Shown in pieces: positions 23,521 to 36,799 of a stretch of DNA of 64,000 nt; the first letter of the stretch is position 1; every line of letters starts with the position of its first letter. Source of the DNA: Okamejei kenojei. Lineage: Eukaryota. The notes under the pieces were generated by a model. It had not been told where the DNA came from and made no database searches. It saw only the letters and a program-made list of their open reading frames with translations. A program made the position numbers and the translations under genes. The stretch lies in contig CM069141.1 of the NCBI GenBank assembly GCA_035221665.1, forward strand, positions 17,608,001 to 17,672,000, in the 5' to 3' direction.

Positions 23521-24126
23521 ATGTTTTGGAGCAACACAGTTGTTTTCCTATATCACACCTCAATATTGAGCTGCGCACTTAAAACCCACAAGTCAGGTGG
23601 TATTGATGTAAACAGAGACTACACTAAATCTGGCTGGGAGATTCTTTTTGACGATTCTTTGAAGACAACATAGCCATGATATCAATTTCATTCTCATAAC
23701 TCAGGAAGCTATCATAATTATTCTTGAAAGTAATGCTGTGCACAGTCTATGGGAATGTTAAAGGTACAGAATGACAGAATCATGAAGATTCTTTCAACAC
23801 AGATCGCAGCGTTTAAGAAACATTTAGACTGTTACATGGATAGTTCAGGTTTAGAGGGATATGGACCAAATGCAAGCAGGTTGGACCAGAGTAGATGGGA
23901 CATGTTGGTCAGTGTGGGCAAGTTAGGGGAAGGGCATGTTTCCACGCTGTATGACTATGACTATTACACATGAATATGCACATGTCTTTCACATAACAGG
24001 AGAGACAGAAGTGTAAAAGAGTGTAAGAGTGTTAAAGATGTTTTGCCCAAGTAAAGCACATTTAGACCTGATAGTGATTTTGGATATTTCTCTTTATGTT
24101 CATTAATAAAGGAGGAATGTAACACG

Positions 24127-24620
24127 GTTCAAAGGTTCAAAGGTTCAAAGGTCTGTTTACTGTCACATGCACCGATTAAGGAACAGTGAAACTCAAATCA
24201 CCATACAGCCATACTAAAAAAAAGCAACAAGCACACAACTGCAGTACATTAAAGTTAACATAAACATCCATCACAGCGGATCTCCCACATTCCTCACTGT
24301 GATGGAAGGCATTAAAGTCTAGACTTCTTCCTCTTTATTCTCCCGCGGTCGGGGTAGTTGTACCATCCGCAGTCGGGGCGATCGAAGCCCCCGCGTCGGG
24401 GCGTTCAAAGCTCCAGCGATTGGAGCTCCCGAAGTCGGTCCCTAACAGGAACCGCGAGCTCCACAATGTCAAAGTCCGCAGGCTCCCGCGATTGGAGCTC
24501 ACAAAGTCAGTCTCCAGTAACAGACTGCCGCTCCACGATGTTAGGCTGCAGTGCGGACGGAGATACGATACGGAAAAAAAAATTGCATCTCCGTCGAGGT
24601 AAGAGATTAAATAAAGTTTA
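24127..24620 (-). mobile_element. GC-rich non-autonomous retroposon with (tttgaacc)n tail
   Basis: Shares cattcctcactgtgatgg and ttgcatctcc..aggtaagagatt blocks with 41620-42357. Confidence 0.65.
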
Positions 24621-25902
24621 ATTTATTCATACCAACCCGTGGTTGGTCCTAGTTTAAGAATTACCAACATATGAATTAACATCAGAAGTAGGCTTTTTTT
24701 TAAAAAACGCGACTTTTACTTGGTATATAGTACAGTGCAAGTCCAACTGGAAAAATTGCATTTAACGAGTGGTTCAGAGATAAAAATATTAATGGAAATT
24801 TGTTTGTCAAAAGACTAGCATGGCACGGCAAAATTCAATGATTGAATGCTTTGTGCCTGCCCCATTTCACAATGCCCTGCAGCAGCACAGTTAATGCAGC
24901 ACTCAGTTTACATCACTGCCCCAGCTCTGACAATGCTGCATCAGTCGGCACGACAAACGGAAACAGATTCTTTTGTCATGCTGAGGATGCTTTGGAATTT
25001 GCTCAGCTTGCAGTATGGGCTACATTCCAAAGCATGTGCATCACGCAATTATATCCTCGGTCTCTCTGCTCAGTAATCAGACAACCATTGTTCAATAAAA
25101 ATAGGGAGCCAGTGTTATTCTCATCCAGAAATAACAGCCTTTAATTGTTGCTGTCTGTCGTGATGAGAAAGGAATTAACTGCTCATTGCCAGTGGCATCA
25201 GTGTCGGGTTATTTACTTCACACTTCTTACATAAACAGGATGGGAAAATCAGCAGCATCTCGAGGTAGTGGGGGAATTAACAAATTTGAGTCTTGCACGT
25301 CTGATATGAGCAGCTATGCAATTAATGTGTAAATGGACCCTGACCATTATTTAAACCCTTCCTACATGTTATTACTGTTGTTTTAATGCACACTTCTTTT
25401 TGGCAAAGAATACATCGTCGACAGGCTATTACTGGCAGCAGGCATTACATGCTTCATCAGAGTAAACATTATATTGCTAAGCTTTGTACAATCTGGTATG
25501 AGGAAAATAAGTCAGATGTAATTTTCATAAGGAAATTACTGTAATTAGAAACATCATCATTCAAAACAAAAAATTATAATATTAGATGAACCACCGTTAT
25601 CATTAAGTTGAAGGAAGGTTTACATAAAATGTTTGACTATATATTAATTTATATCTTTATTGGAATAATAAACTCACCCCAACAATTGTAATATAATTAA
25701 TCTTGTTCCCACAAACTGTTTTGTAACTTTTAATTCCCTTTATTTTTCATTGATTTCAGTGGTTTCCTAAACATTTGACTGATTCACGGCAGAAATGACT
25801 GCACTGCGATTTTCCACATTCTCTGAAATATCCATGAAATATTTCTTCGTAGCTCTCCCTTAAGGCATTCCATGTCAATTTTTAGCAAACATTTGGATGG
25901 CC

Positions 25903-26188
25903 GGGCGGCACAGTAGCCCAGCCGTAGAGTTGTTGCCTTACAGTGTCAAAGACCTGGGTTCGATTCTGACTACGGGTGTTTGTCTGTGTGGAGTTTGTAT
26001 GTTCTTCCCATGACCTGCGTGGGTGCCCCAGTTTCCTCCCACACTCCAAAGGTGTACAGGTTTGTAGGTTAATTGGCGTGGTAAAATTGCAAATTGTCCC
26101 TAATGCGTGTAGGATAGTGTTAATGTGCGGGGATCACTGGTCGGCACAGACTTGGTGGGCTGAAGGGCCTGTATCTCTAAACTAAAAC
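25903..26188 (+). mobile_element. HE1-like V-SINE (older copy at about 26280-26630)
   Basis: A/B boxes (ggttcgattc), V core, CR1-like tail. Confidence 0.85.
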
Positions 26189-26987
26189 AAAAATGTATTG
26201 AATGTATTGAACAGATTTAGCATAATTTTCAAGGAGTCTCTAATTTCCAGCTAAACTAAAGTTGCATCTTATTCCTACACAATAGTGGCTCAGCCAGTAC
26301 ATTCGTTATCTCAGAGCTCCAGCAACCCTAGGTGAAACCTGACCTCTAGTAGTATCCATGTGGCGTTTGCACTTTTTCACTGTGACACATGGGTTGCTTG
26401 CAAGTATTCTGGTTTCCTTCCCACGTCCCAAAAACATGTTAATTAGTGAGTAATTTATTGTTGTATATTGTCCCATTTATAGGTCACTGGTGGGATCTGA
26501 AGTGATGGAGGCTCCTGGGAATGTGTGGAGAATAAAATAGACTTAGCGTAGAATCAGTGGTAACTTGTGCTTGGTGAGCAGTGCAGCCTCGATGAGCCAA
26601 AGTACACATTTCAAAGCTGCATCACTCTAAGACTCTGGAACTGGAACCCAACCTGATTCAAGAGCAGATCTCCGATGAAAGAAGCTTTATGCCTGGACTT
26701 TGATGCTAAATAGTGAACTAAATAGTAAGTATCGAACGCTACCTAAATGTTGCTCAATAGATATTTTTTGAGGGCAAGGTGGTGGGTTGGTCGAGTGAGA
26801 GAATGAAGGATGGGTTTTTGGAAGAACAAATTTAAATTAAATTTAGCCATGAAATATATATTTTTTTAATAATCTATTTGTTTGTCATTTGAACAATTAT
26901 CCAAGTCTTAGTGCAACTTGACATTGTTAAGGTGCTCTGATCACATTTATGGGGAGGCCCATTAATTTAAATAAAATGCAGCTGAGA

Positions 26988-27290
26988 AGCGCAGTGGTGC
27001 AACTGGTAAGAGCGCCTCACAGCACGAGGGACCAGGTTCAATCCCTGACATAGGTGTTAACTGTGTGGAGTTTGCATGTTCTCCCTGTGAACTCGTGGGT
27101 TTCCTCCCGCATCCCCAAAACATGCAGTTTTCTGGGTTAATTGGCCTCAACAAATTGCCCCCAGTGTGGAGGGGGTATTTGCGATAGTGGAATAGCATAA
27201 AATTAGTGTGAATGGGTGATCGATGGGTGGTGTGGACTCGGTGGGCCGAAGGACCTGTTTCCATGTTGTACCTTCCAATCAATCAATCAA
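26988..27290 (+). mobile_element. HE1-like V-SINE
   Basis: ggttcaatccc B box, V core, (caat)n tail. Confidence 0.8.
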
Positions 27291-27302
27291 TGAAAATGTC
27301 TG

Positions 27303-27397
27303 AAGAAGGATCTTGACCCAAAACATCACCCTCCCATTCCTTTTCTCCATAGATGCTGCCTGCCCCGCTGAGTTACTCCAGCATTTTGTGTCTATCT
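27303..27397 (+). mobile_element. Short Penelope-derived element
   Basis: 16-bp duplication tcaatgaaaatgtctg at 27287-27302 and 27398-27413, overlapping the gtctgaaga start. Confidence 0.85.
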
Positions 27398-29223
27398 TCA
27401 ATGAAAATGTCTGGCTTTGTGCCTGATGGCATTAACACAGGTTCCACTGCTCAACAAGCACAAGTTTTCACTGATTCCACACTAACTCCATTTTATTCCA
27501 CGCACATGAAAGCTCATTAAGATAACGGTACAGCAGGACTTCTGAACTTGTGCAAAAGCAATCAGGCACCTGGCAGTTCAGTGGGAGAATACCAGTCAAA
27601 ACAAAACAAATATAAACCTGCTTATTGCTAAATCCACAATAATAAAAGTTGTTGTAAAAAATATATATTTAATTCAATGAAGAATAACAAAAACTTCAGT
27701 TGCCAGGATTTAATGAGTCAACTTCTTTGCAACCGTAGCTCATGGAATAACAAATATATGGAGTATGCATTTTCATCAGTAACCAAACAACTTTGCTATT
27801 GCTGTCAAAATCAGCTATAATAAAATGCACATAAATAAATCTGAACAACCAGCATGGAATATAGAATTAGGTTGTGCACAACATGGCCCCTGTGGACTAA
27901 TGTTACACACTCATAGAGCAAATGACTGAAATGTCAAAAGCCACCAATACATAATGCTTTTCTCCTAAACATAAAGTTAATTAATTTAAACCAGAAATAA
28001 TAATTTGAAATCTGTTCTGAAATATTTTAGGTGAAGCGGAAACGTGAAGAAACTACTTAAACCAACAAATGCTGCAGAATACACAATGATACAGAATAGC
28101 TTCTATTATGATGCAAATACATTCAGACCACACATTCCTCATATTGCACATCAAATCATAATTCTGCTGGAACTCTTTAGATCCACGCTCATCCTAAAAT
28201 GCTGTGCCAAATGTCTTTACTTTGTAAAGCATACCCCCAATACTATGTTTAGCTTCTCAGACAATTTACCTCAAATGGTGGAGTGCAAGTCTTCGTCAGA
28301 AGAATGGAGCTGAGCTTTTTTAAGAAAAGCTGTTGATGTAAATGCAGTTTTCGTCTTCAAATGGAAACTGCTGCACTGCAGGCTCTACTGCTCCACACAG
28401 AGGTCAAGATACAATCTTCCAACTGCAATACAAATCTCAGGTCCCCCTTGTTCCTGAACACCATTTAGGCCTTTGCTGTGGAGTCTATATTGGTTCTCCA
28501 CATTCCTTCTGCTAAAATACAGTGAGCTCTCATTCATCTGGTATTTACAGTGCCCTCCATAATGTTTGGCACAAAGACCATCATTTATTTATTTGCCTCT
28601 GTACTCCATAATTTGAGATTTGTAGTAGAAAAAATCAGTGGTTAAAGTGCACATTGTCAGATTTTAATAAAGGCCATTTTTATACATTTTGGTTTCACCA
28701 TGTAGAAATTACAGTAGTGTTTATATATAGTCCCCCCATTTCAGGGCACCATAATGTTTGGGGTGCAGCAATGTCATGTCAATTAAAGTAGTCATGTTTA
28801 GTATTTTGTTGCATATCCTTTGCATGCAATGACTGCTTGAAGTCTGCGGTTCATGGACATCACCAGTTGCCGGGTGTCTTCTCTGGTGATGCTCTGTCTG
28901 CCAGGCATGTATTCGTTCTTGGTTCTTGGTTACTTGGTCCTCCAAAATATTCCAACTGGAATTTAAACTGGATGTGGTGAAGGGAGGGGTTAAGCCAGAA
29001 TGGGTTATTGGGAAGAAAGTGCCACTTTAAATTTAGTTGCATCTTTATTGAAGCCATCTTTAGCTGATGCTTGTTTTGGGGGCTAGTCCCCTTCAGTTTT
29101 CTCTTCAGCATATAAAAGGCATGCTCAATTGGGTTCAGATCGGGCTAAAGCCACTCAAGAATTGACCATTTTTTAGCTTTGAAAAACTCCTTTGTTGCTT
29201 TAGCAGTATGTTTGGGATCATTG

Positions 29224-29317
29224 GTAGACAAAAGTGCTGGAGAAACTCAGCAGGTGCAACAGCATCTATGGAGCGAAGGAAATAGGCAACGTTTCGGGCC
29301 GAAACCCTTCTTCAGAC
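29224..29317 (-). mobile_element. 94-bp Penelope-derived hammerhead element
   Basis: 15-bp TSD tgtttgggatcattg at 29209-29223 and 29318-29332; core CTGAAGAAGGGTTTCGGCCCGAAACGTT. Confidence 0.9.
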
Positions 29318-29931
29318 TGTTTGGGATCATTGTCTTGCTGTGGAATGAACCGTCAGCCAATGAGTTTTGAGGCATTTGTTTGAAGCAGATATGATGTGTC
29401 TATACATTCTGAATTCATTATGCTACTACCATAAGCAGTTGTATCATCAATAAAGATAAATGAGCCAGTACCTTCAGCAGCCATACATGCCCAGGCAATA
29501 ACACCCCCACCACCGTGTTTCACCGATGAGGATCTGGGTATGCTTTGGATCTTGCGCAATTCCTTCTCTCCTCAATACTTTGCTCTTGCCATCACTGATA
29601 TGTTAATCTTCGTCTCATCTGTCCACAAGACTTTTTTCCAGAACTGTGGTTGCTCTTTTAAGTACTTCTTGGCTAACTGTAACCTGGCCATCCTATTTTC
29701 GCAACTAGCCAGTGGTTTGCATCTTACAGTGTAGCCTCTGTATTTCTGTTCATGAAGTCTTCTGCGGACAGTGGTCATTGACAAATCCACACCTGACTCC
29801 TGAAGAGTGTTTCTGATCTGTCGGACAGGTGTTTGGGGATTTCTCTTTATTATAGAGAGAATACTTCTGTCATCAGCTGTAGAGGTCTTCCTTGGCCTGC
29901 CAGTCCCTTTGTGATTAGTAAGCTCACCAGT

Positions 29932-32727
29932 TGTTTAAGAAAGAACTGAAGATGCTGGAAGAATCGAAGTTAGAGAAAAATGCTGGATAAACTCAGCGAG
30001 TGAGGCAGCATCTATGGAGCGAAGGAATAGGTGACGTTTTGGGTCGGGACTGATGTGGGGGTGGGGGGGCGGGAAGAAGAAAGGAAGAGGCGGAGACAGT
30101 AGGTTGTGGGAGAGCTGGGAAGGGCAGGGGAGGGAGGGAGGGAGAAAGCAAGGATTACGTGAAATCAGAGAAGGCAATGTTCATACCGCTGGGGTGTAAA
30201 CTACCCAAGCGGAATATGAGGTGCCGCTCCTCGAATTTGCTGTGGGACTCACTCTGGCCATGGAAGAGGCCCAGGACAGAAAGGTCAGATTCGGAATGGG
30301 GGGGGAGTTGAAGTGCTGAGCCACAGGGAGATCAGGCTGGTTAATGCGAACTGAGCGGAAGTGTTGGGCGAAGCGATCGACAAGCCTGCGCTTGGTCTCA
30401 CCGATGTAGAGCAGTTGACATCTAGAACAGCAGATGCAATAGATGAGGTAGGAGGAGGTGCAGGTGAGCCTCTGCCTCACCTGGAAAGATTGCTTGGGTC
30501 CTTGGATGGAGTCAAGGGGGAGGTAAAGCCACAAGTGTAGCATTTCCTGCTGTTGCAAGGGAAATGTAGTTTGGGTGGGAAGGGACGAATTGACCAGGGA
30601 GTTACGGAGGGAGCGGTCTCTGCAGAAAGCCGAAAGGGGAGGAGATGGGAAGATGTGGCCAGTGGTGGGATCCCATTGGAGGTGGCAAAAATGTTGGAGG
30701 ATTATCTGTTGTATGTGATGGCTGGTAGGGTGGAAGGTGAGGACAAGGGGGACTCTGTCCTTGTTACGAGTGGGGGGGAGGGGATAGGGAGTGAGAGCGG
30801 AGCTACGGGATATAGAGGAGACCCTGGTGAGAGCCTCATCTGTAGTCGGAGAGGGGAACCCCCATTCTCTAAAGAATGAGGACATCTCTGATGTACTGGT
30901 TTGGAACACCTCATCCTGGGTGCAGATGCGGCGTAGACGGAGGAATTGGGAATAGGGGATAAAGTCCTTACAGGAAGCAGGGTGGGAAGAAGTGTAGTCC
31001 AAATAGCCATGGGAGTCAGTGGGTTTGTAGTAGATGTCGGTCAGTAGTCTGTTACCTGTGATGGAGATAATGAGGTCTATAAATGCTAGGGAGATGTCGG
31101 AAATGGTCCAGGTGAATTTGAGTGTGGGATGGAGGTTAGTGGTGAAATGGATGAAATCAGTGAGCTCTGCATGGGTGCAGGAGGCAGCACCAATGCAGTC
31201 GTCAATGTAGCGGAGGTAGAGTTCGGGGATCGGGCCACGGTGCGCCTCGAATAAGGATTGTTCGACGTACCCTACAAAGAGGCAGGCATAGCTGGGGCCC
31301 ATGCGCGTGCCCATAGCTACGCCTTGGATTTGGAGGAAATGGGAGGAGTCAAAGGAAAAGTTGTTGACGGTAAGGACCAGCTCCACTAGGCGGAGGAGAG
31401 TATTGGTTGATGGGGATTGGTTGGTTCTGCGGTCAAGGATGAAACGGAGGGTTTTAGGACCCCTCCTGGTCTGGATGTTCAGTGACTGGACATCCATGGT
31501 GAAGATGAGGGAGTGGGGGCCTGGAAAACTGAGGTCATGGAGGAGACGAAGAGTGTGTGAGGTGTCTTGGACGTAGGTAGGGAGGGATTTGACCAGGGGG
31601 GATGGGATGGAGTCGAGGTATGTGGAAATAAGTTTGGTGGGACAAGAACAAACATAAACAATGGGTCTACCAGGACAGTCAGGTTTGTGGATTTTGGGGT
31701 GAAGATAAAATTGGGCCGTGCGGGGCTAGGGAATGACGAGATTGGAGGCTTGTGAGGCCAGGGAGCTGGAAATCATGAAGCCAGTGATGGTGTTTGAGAT
31801 ATTGACCTGGTGCTCGTCTGTGGGGTCATGGTCCACGGATAAGTAGGAGGAGGTGTCTGAAAGTTGGCGCCTGGCCTCAGAGCGGTAGAGATCAGTGCGC
31901 CAGACTACCACGGCACTTCCCCTGTCGGCAGGTTTGATCACCCAGCCTGGGTTGTTGCAGAGTGAGTGGATGGCTGTATGTTCAGGGGGGTCGAGGTTAG
32001 AGTGAGAAAGGGGAGTGGAAAAGTTGAGGCGGTTGATGTCCCACCGGCACTTTAAAATAAAAAGGCTAAAGCAGGTAGATGGCCATGAGGGGAAGTCCAT
32101 GAGGAGGGCGTCCGTTGGAGACGGGAGAAGGGGGGTAAGGACCCCTTCCATGGAAAAACACTTGGATGCGGAGGCGACGGAAGAAGCGCTCCACATTGTG
32201 GTGGACACTGAACTCATTGACGGAGGGGAACAAGGTGAGGCCTCTGCTGAGGACAGACCATTCGATATCAGAGAGGGAGGGGTCAGGGGGGATGGTGAAC
32301 ACACGGCAAGGATGGGGTTTGGGGCCAGAGGAAGGCAGGTGAGTGGACGGAGGCCGAGGCGATGTTTGGTAGGGGGGTGGTAGGTGAACAGGGAGGAGGG
32401 GGGTACGAGGACTATAGCGTGGGTGGGGAGGAGCTGGGGTCACATGGTACAAGGGGGAAGGGGAAGACCCAGTGGAACACCCACTGAGGTTTCCTGTGTT
32501 GGTGGGGGCGGGGGGGGGGGGGGGTAGGGGGAGGGGAGCACTAGAACCCAGCACAGTCAGACCCCGTGGTGTGAAAGTCTGCAGCTAGCGACTTCAGGCC
32601 CGGTGCTGAGCCTAGGACTCAGGTAAGGCGACGGCTGCGAGCTGCGGCCTGCTGGTGGGTGGTGGAGTGGCGAGGATCGGTGGAGTCACTGGTGGAGGCC
32701 TGCGGGGAGTGGAGTCCGGGTCAGCGG
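29932..32727 (-). mobile_element. Penelope-like retroelement, about 2.8 kb
   Basis: 10-bp TSD gctcaccagt at 29922-29931 and 32728-32737; terminal repeat at 29932-30060. Confidence 0.92.
30181..32304 (-). pseudogene. Penelope RT plus GIY-YIG endonuclease, frameshifted
   Basis: IKPADRGSAVVVW, MDVQSL, QGVAMGTRMGPSYA, YLRYIDD, IYYKPTD, LIYCICC..CQLLYIGETKRRL. Confidence 0.92.
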
Positions 32728-32944
32728 GCTCACCAGTGCCCTCTTTCTTCATAATGATGTTCCAAACAGTTGATTTTGGTAAGCCTAAGGTTTGGCTGAT
32801 GTCTCTAACAGTTTTATTCTTGTTTCTCAGTCTCATAATGGCTTCTTTGACTTTAATTCGCACAACTTTGGACCTCATGTTGATAAACAGCAATAAAAGT
32901 TTCCAAAGGTGATGGAAAGACTGGAGGAAAGACTAGGAGCTGAG

Positions 32945-33105
32945 CAAAGATCCTATAGTGGAGCAAGATAAACCACTCCTGCAAAATCCAATGGACTGAC
33001 GTGTAGTACGCAACGGAGCGTAACTTCCGCCATTTCAGTAACCCCGACCCTATCCTTCACCCGACCCGACTTCAGTTATGCGTTCAGTTAAAACGGAACA
33101 TACCT
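32945..33105 (+). mobile_element. Truncated DNA element starting with TIR CAAAGATCCTATAG
   Basis: Same 14-mer as the palindrome arms at 14724; begins where the Tc1 breaks off. Confidence 0.55.
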
Positions 33106-33107
33106 TG

Positions 33108-33502
33108 TACAGGGAGGAACTGCAGATGCTGGTTTAAACCAAAGACAGACACAAAAGGCTAGAGTAACTCAGCGGATCAGGCAGCATCTCTGGAGAGAAG
33201 GAATAGGAGATATTTCAGGTTGACCTTTTCGATAGCTGCCATGACCCATTACTGAGCGATTTCACCCTCCTCCCTCCTATACTACAAAAAAATAAACACT
33301 TTCATTTCCCCGGACGGGTGGAGGGGGGGACCTGAATGCTGCAAAAAACGTCATCTCTTTTTTGTGTGTTTTAAAACATTGCGGGACCAGGGTTTGTTTT
33401 TAGAAAGAAGGTAGACACAAAATGCTGGAGTAACTCAGCGGGACAGGCAGCATCTCTGGAGAGAAGGAATGGGTGACGTTTTGGTCCGAGACCCTTCTTC
33501 AG
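33108..33502 (-). mobile_element. Two Penelope-derived short elements (33108-33225 and 33405-33502)
   Basis: aggaactgcagatgctgg...; gtgacgttttggtccgagacccttcttcag. Confidence 0.75.
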
Positions 33503-35324
33503 TTTATATTTTGGAAAAAGAAATTTGGACAGATACACGAATAAAAAATGTTGGTAAATGGGACTAGGTTAAATGGGCATCGTGGTCGACATGGACAACC
33601 AAAGTACCTGTTTTTGTGCTCTATGACTCCATGTCTGGTGCAGCTTGCAAATGTTGAATTTTTTCCTGCATATTCATATCCAAGTGATTAACATACATTG
33701 AGAAAAACATTGGTCCAAGTACTGAGCACTGGGGAACACTTTTGTCCACAGTGTCTTTCTGTATTTATCATATTCGGTCACAAATCATTTTCTCCATGGG
33801 CTTCAATTCTGTTAATCAGCTTTTATGAGGAACTCTTGTCAAAAGGACTCTGAAAATCCATGAAGATGACAACTCCTGCATTCACTATATCATCCTTCCC
33901 TGTAACCTAAATCACGTTAGGCTGCTTTCACTCTTAGATTCCCCATGAATAATTTCTCTGGCTCTCCTTTATCAACTCATAATTTTATAAATGCCTATTA
34001 ATATTTTTTTCCTGAACGATCTAACCAAAGATTTAGATTGTGGTTTAGAAAGAGATTGGATTTTGATTAAAACATATTTTCCACCAATTGAGATATAGCT
34101 TAAAGACACTTTCCAAAAAATATATTAACCTACTTATACGGACTTGAGTCAACTCTTGGAGATAAGCTGTTTCCTGGGGCAGACATCTTTGTGTTGTTTT
34201 TCCAGAAACAAAATCATCAAGCAAGAAAACTAGATCCAGAAATGTAAAGCTATGGGCCAGAGCTTGCGGTTGCAATAACATTAGTGAGAACTCCCAGTGG
34301 TTGCATATGCATAGCTGAAGGCAGAACTGTGTACAAGTTCCTGTCAGTGCTATCCTGTGTGGCCAATACAGTATATGCAGTGCAAAGTCAGTGATTCTAA
34401 TGCATTGTTCTCACTGTGACACTAATGAAAGTGTTTGTTGACTGAGTTTTTAAACAGTGTACTTTTATGATACGGTGAAAAGGTTACAGACAATTTAAAA
34501 ACATTTTTGTGAAGTTCTATTTCAAACTCTTAAGATAATTAATCAAGACGCACTGCAATTTTATATTGGCCATTAATTATCATCCCAATAGCTAACAACA
34601 TACAATCTATAAATACTCTATTCAGGAGCTTGTTACATTACTTTTAGAAGTGTTGAAATAAACGTGTACCCATTGACGGATTGTGCATTTGAATTGGCTT
34701 GTTTTCTGAGCCTATTCCTGAATACAATCTCTGAAAAGAATCACTTTCCCTGAAGGATTTCTCATGCTTATTTTCCAATTTCACCATTCTTATCTGCCTC
34801 AAGCAGCCAATTCTATGTGAATTAATATAATCCTTTCATCACTTTAAAATCCCTTCAGACCAAGTCAAAGTTATCTATTTGCATTCAACCATGAATGATG
34901 CTTTCATCCTGCTGCTATTCCAGTTTGAAAATGTTCCTGGCCTTCTGCCACCTGTTGGCCTGGAGGACTCCCACAGTTGCCAAGGATTAATTGAAACCCA
35001 TTTCTTAATTTTAAGATCTTGCTGTACATCAATGATCCTCGGAGTCCTGGCATTTTATGTATACTTTCCTTTTGCATTTGATTTCCCAAAATGCATCACT
35101 CACCCATGTTCAAACTCCAACTGCCATTTCTCCCTCTGAATATCGAATAGGTCCACGAGATCCACGATAGATCCATAAAACCCGGAAGTGTGGGCATGGC
35201 TCAGTCTGTCTGCAAGGTGGTGAGGGAGAGGTCATGACTCTCTGTCTGAGCTGGGACACTACAGAACACTATGAGTATGCAATGTCCTTGAATAAATGAT
35301 TTGTTAGCCCTTAATGAAAATGAA

Positions 35325-35600
35325 ATGAGTTGTTTGGCCTGCCCTGTGCTTGAAATTGCAATGGCAATGGAAATGAAGTGAAAATGCAATGAGCTGCTTG
35401 GCTTGAGCCTGCCCTGTGCTTGAAAGTGCAATGGCAACGGAAGTGAAGTGAAAATGCAATGAGCTGTTTGGCTTGGGCCTGCCCTTTGCTTGAAACTGCA
35501 ATGGCAATGGAAGTGAAATGAAAATGCAATGAGCTATTCGGCCTGCCCTGTGCTTGAAACTGCAATGCAATTGGAAATGGAATGAGTTGTTTGGCCTGCC
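35325..35600. repeat. About 70-bp minisatellite, about 4 copies
   Basis: gccctgtgcttgaaa.tgcaatggcaatgg... units start at 35341, 35411, 35481 and 35545. Confidence 0.9.
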
Positions 35601-35771
35601 TGAAACCACTGATTTTGGCCCACATGGCACCCCTATTAGCCGAGAAACCAGTCCCTTTTGTGAGCTGCAGAAAAAAGATGAAAAATGTCTAAAATTGATT
35701 CTCCACCCTCTCCCCCTTCTCTCTCTCTCACAGAGTCTCTCACTTGTTTTGGGCATAATTTCTGGCAGTTT

Positions 35772-35907
35772 CTGAGCTGCCAGCCCATTAGGCCTGAGTG
35801 ACTGAGCTGCCAGCCCACCAGGCCTGAATGACTGAGCTGCCAGCCCACCAGGCCTGAGTGACTGAGCTGCCAGCTCACCAGGCCTGAGTGACTGAGCTGC
35901 CAGCCCA
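35772..35907. repeat. 30-bp minisatellite, 4.5 copies
   Basis: ctgagctgccagcccaccaggcctgagtga at 35772, 35802, 35832, 35862 and 35892. Confidence 0.95.
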
Positions 35908-36487
35908 AGAATCCATTCATCCCACAATATCCATTCCAGCCCTCTGGAAACCAGTCCCTTCGGCCCCCAACACCCGTAGTAGCGCTCCAGAAAGCACCCC
36001 CCCCTTCCCCCCACTGGCCAGCAATATTGGACTTGGTGTAGAAGTGGAATATTGTGTTGGGGGACCAGCCCTCCCATGTACTACAAAGACCAGCAACCCC
36101 AGCAATGATCCTTGTGGAACACAGATTTCAAATCAGAAAAACACCCCTCTTCCACTACCCATTATCTTCTATAACAAAGCTTTTTTAAAATCCAGCTGAC
36201 CAAGTCACCATTGAATCCCATGTCTTCTGGAACCGACCACCAAATATCCGACCCTGGGGACCTATCCACCTAAATGATTTTCAAGAAACCTCTTCCTTCC
36301 TAATGGCGGCATGTCCTAGAGTATCAGTATAATCACCCTGAGTTTACCAACATACATGTCCTTCTCACTGGTAAATACTGATGTAGGACATTGCCCAAAC
36401 TCTGACTCCGTGCATAAACTTCCTCCTTTGTTGTTATTGACCTGCAGTTTCCCCAGCACGATTCTTGTTCCTAATATATATAAAAAT

Positions 36488-36710
36488 GTGTAGGAAGGAA
36501 CTACAGATGCTGGTTTACACTGGAGAAGGCTTACACCATCTGAAGAAAGATCTCGACCCAAAACATCACTCATTCTTTCTCTCCAGAGATGCTGCCTGTC
36601 TCACTTAGTTACTCCATTTTGGGTGTAGACAAAAATGCTGGAGAAACTCAGCGGGTGAGGCAGCATCTATGGAGAGAAGGAATGGGTAACGTTTCAGGTC
36701 GAGACCCTTT
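36488..36710. mobile_element. Penelope-derived repeats in opposite orientations, inside a degenerate minus-strand CR1
   Basis: tctgaagaaagatctcgacccaaaacatc (+) and aacgtttcaggtcgagaccc (-). Confidence 0.75.
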
Positions 36711-36799
36711 CATGGTCCCTTTCAGCTCTCCTAAACCCTGGTTTCTTTCCTAATTCCTTTCTATTCCTCAGGGCCTTGACTGATTTTAGCTTCCTAAAC

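Larger units (their letters stand above)
28548..32944 (-). mobile_element. Tc1-family transposon with one TIR retained and three nested inserts
   Basis: TA-cagtgccctccataatgtt TIR; transposase pieces ISQTLGLPKSTVWNII, VRRRLHEQ..RCKP..WTDETK, VKHGGGGVIAWACM. Confidence 0.9.

Noticed and set aside
25903-25975. tRNA gene
   Set aside because: A/B boxes run into a SINE body and tail; same for the other SINE heads
28021-28060. Possible terminal exon ttttag|VKRKREETT*
   Set aside because: Too short, with no supporting upstream exon or homology
30553-32383. Plus-strand ORFs over the Penelope
   Set aside because: Antisense shadows of the RT coding region
35772-35907. 30-bp repeats as a CRISPR array
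   Set aside because: Units are contiguous with no unique spacers, in a eukaryotic context
35304-36077. 257-aa ORF with LAAQSLRPGG repeats
   Set aside because: By-product of the minisatellites; no protein similarity recognised
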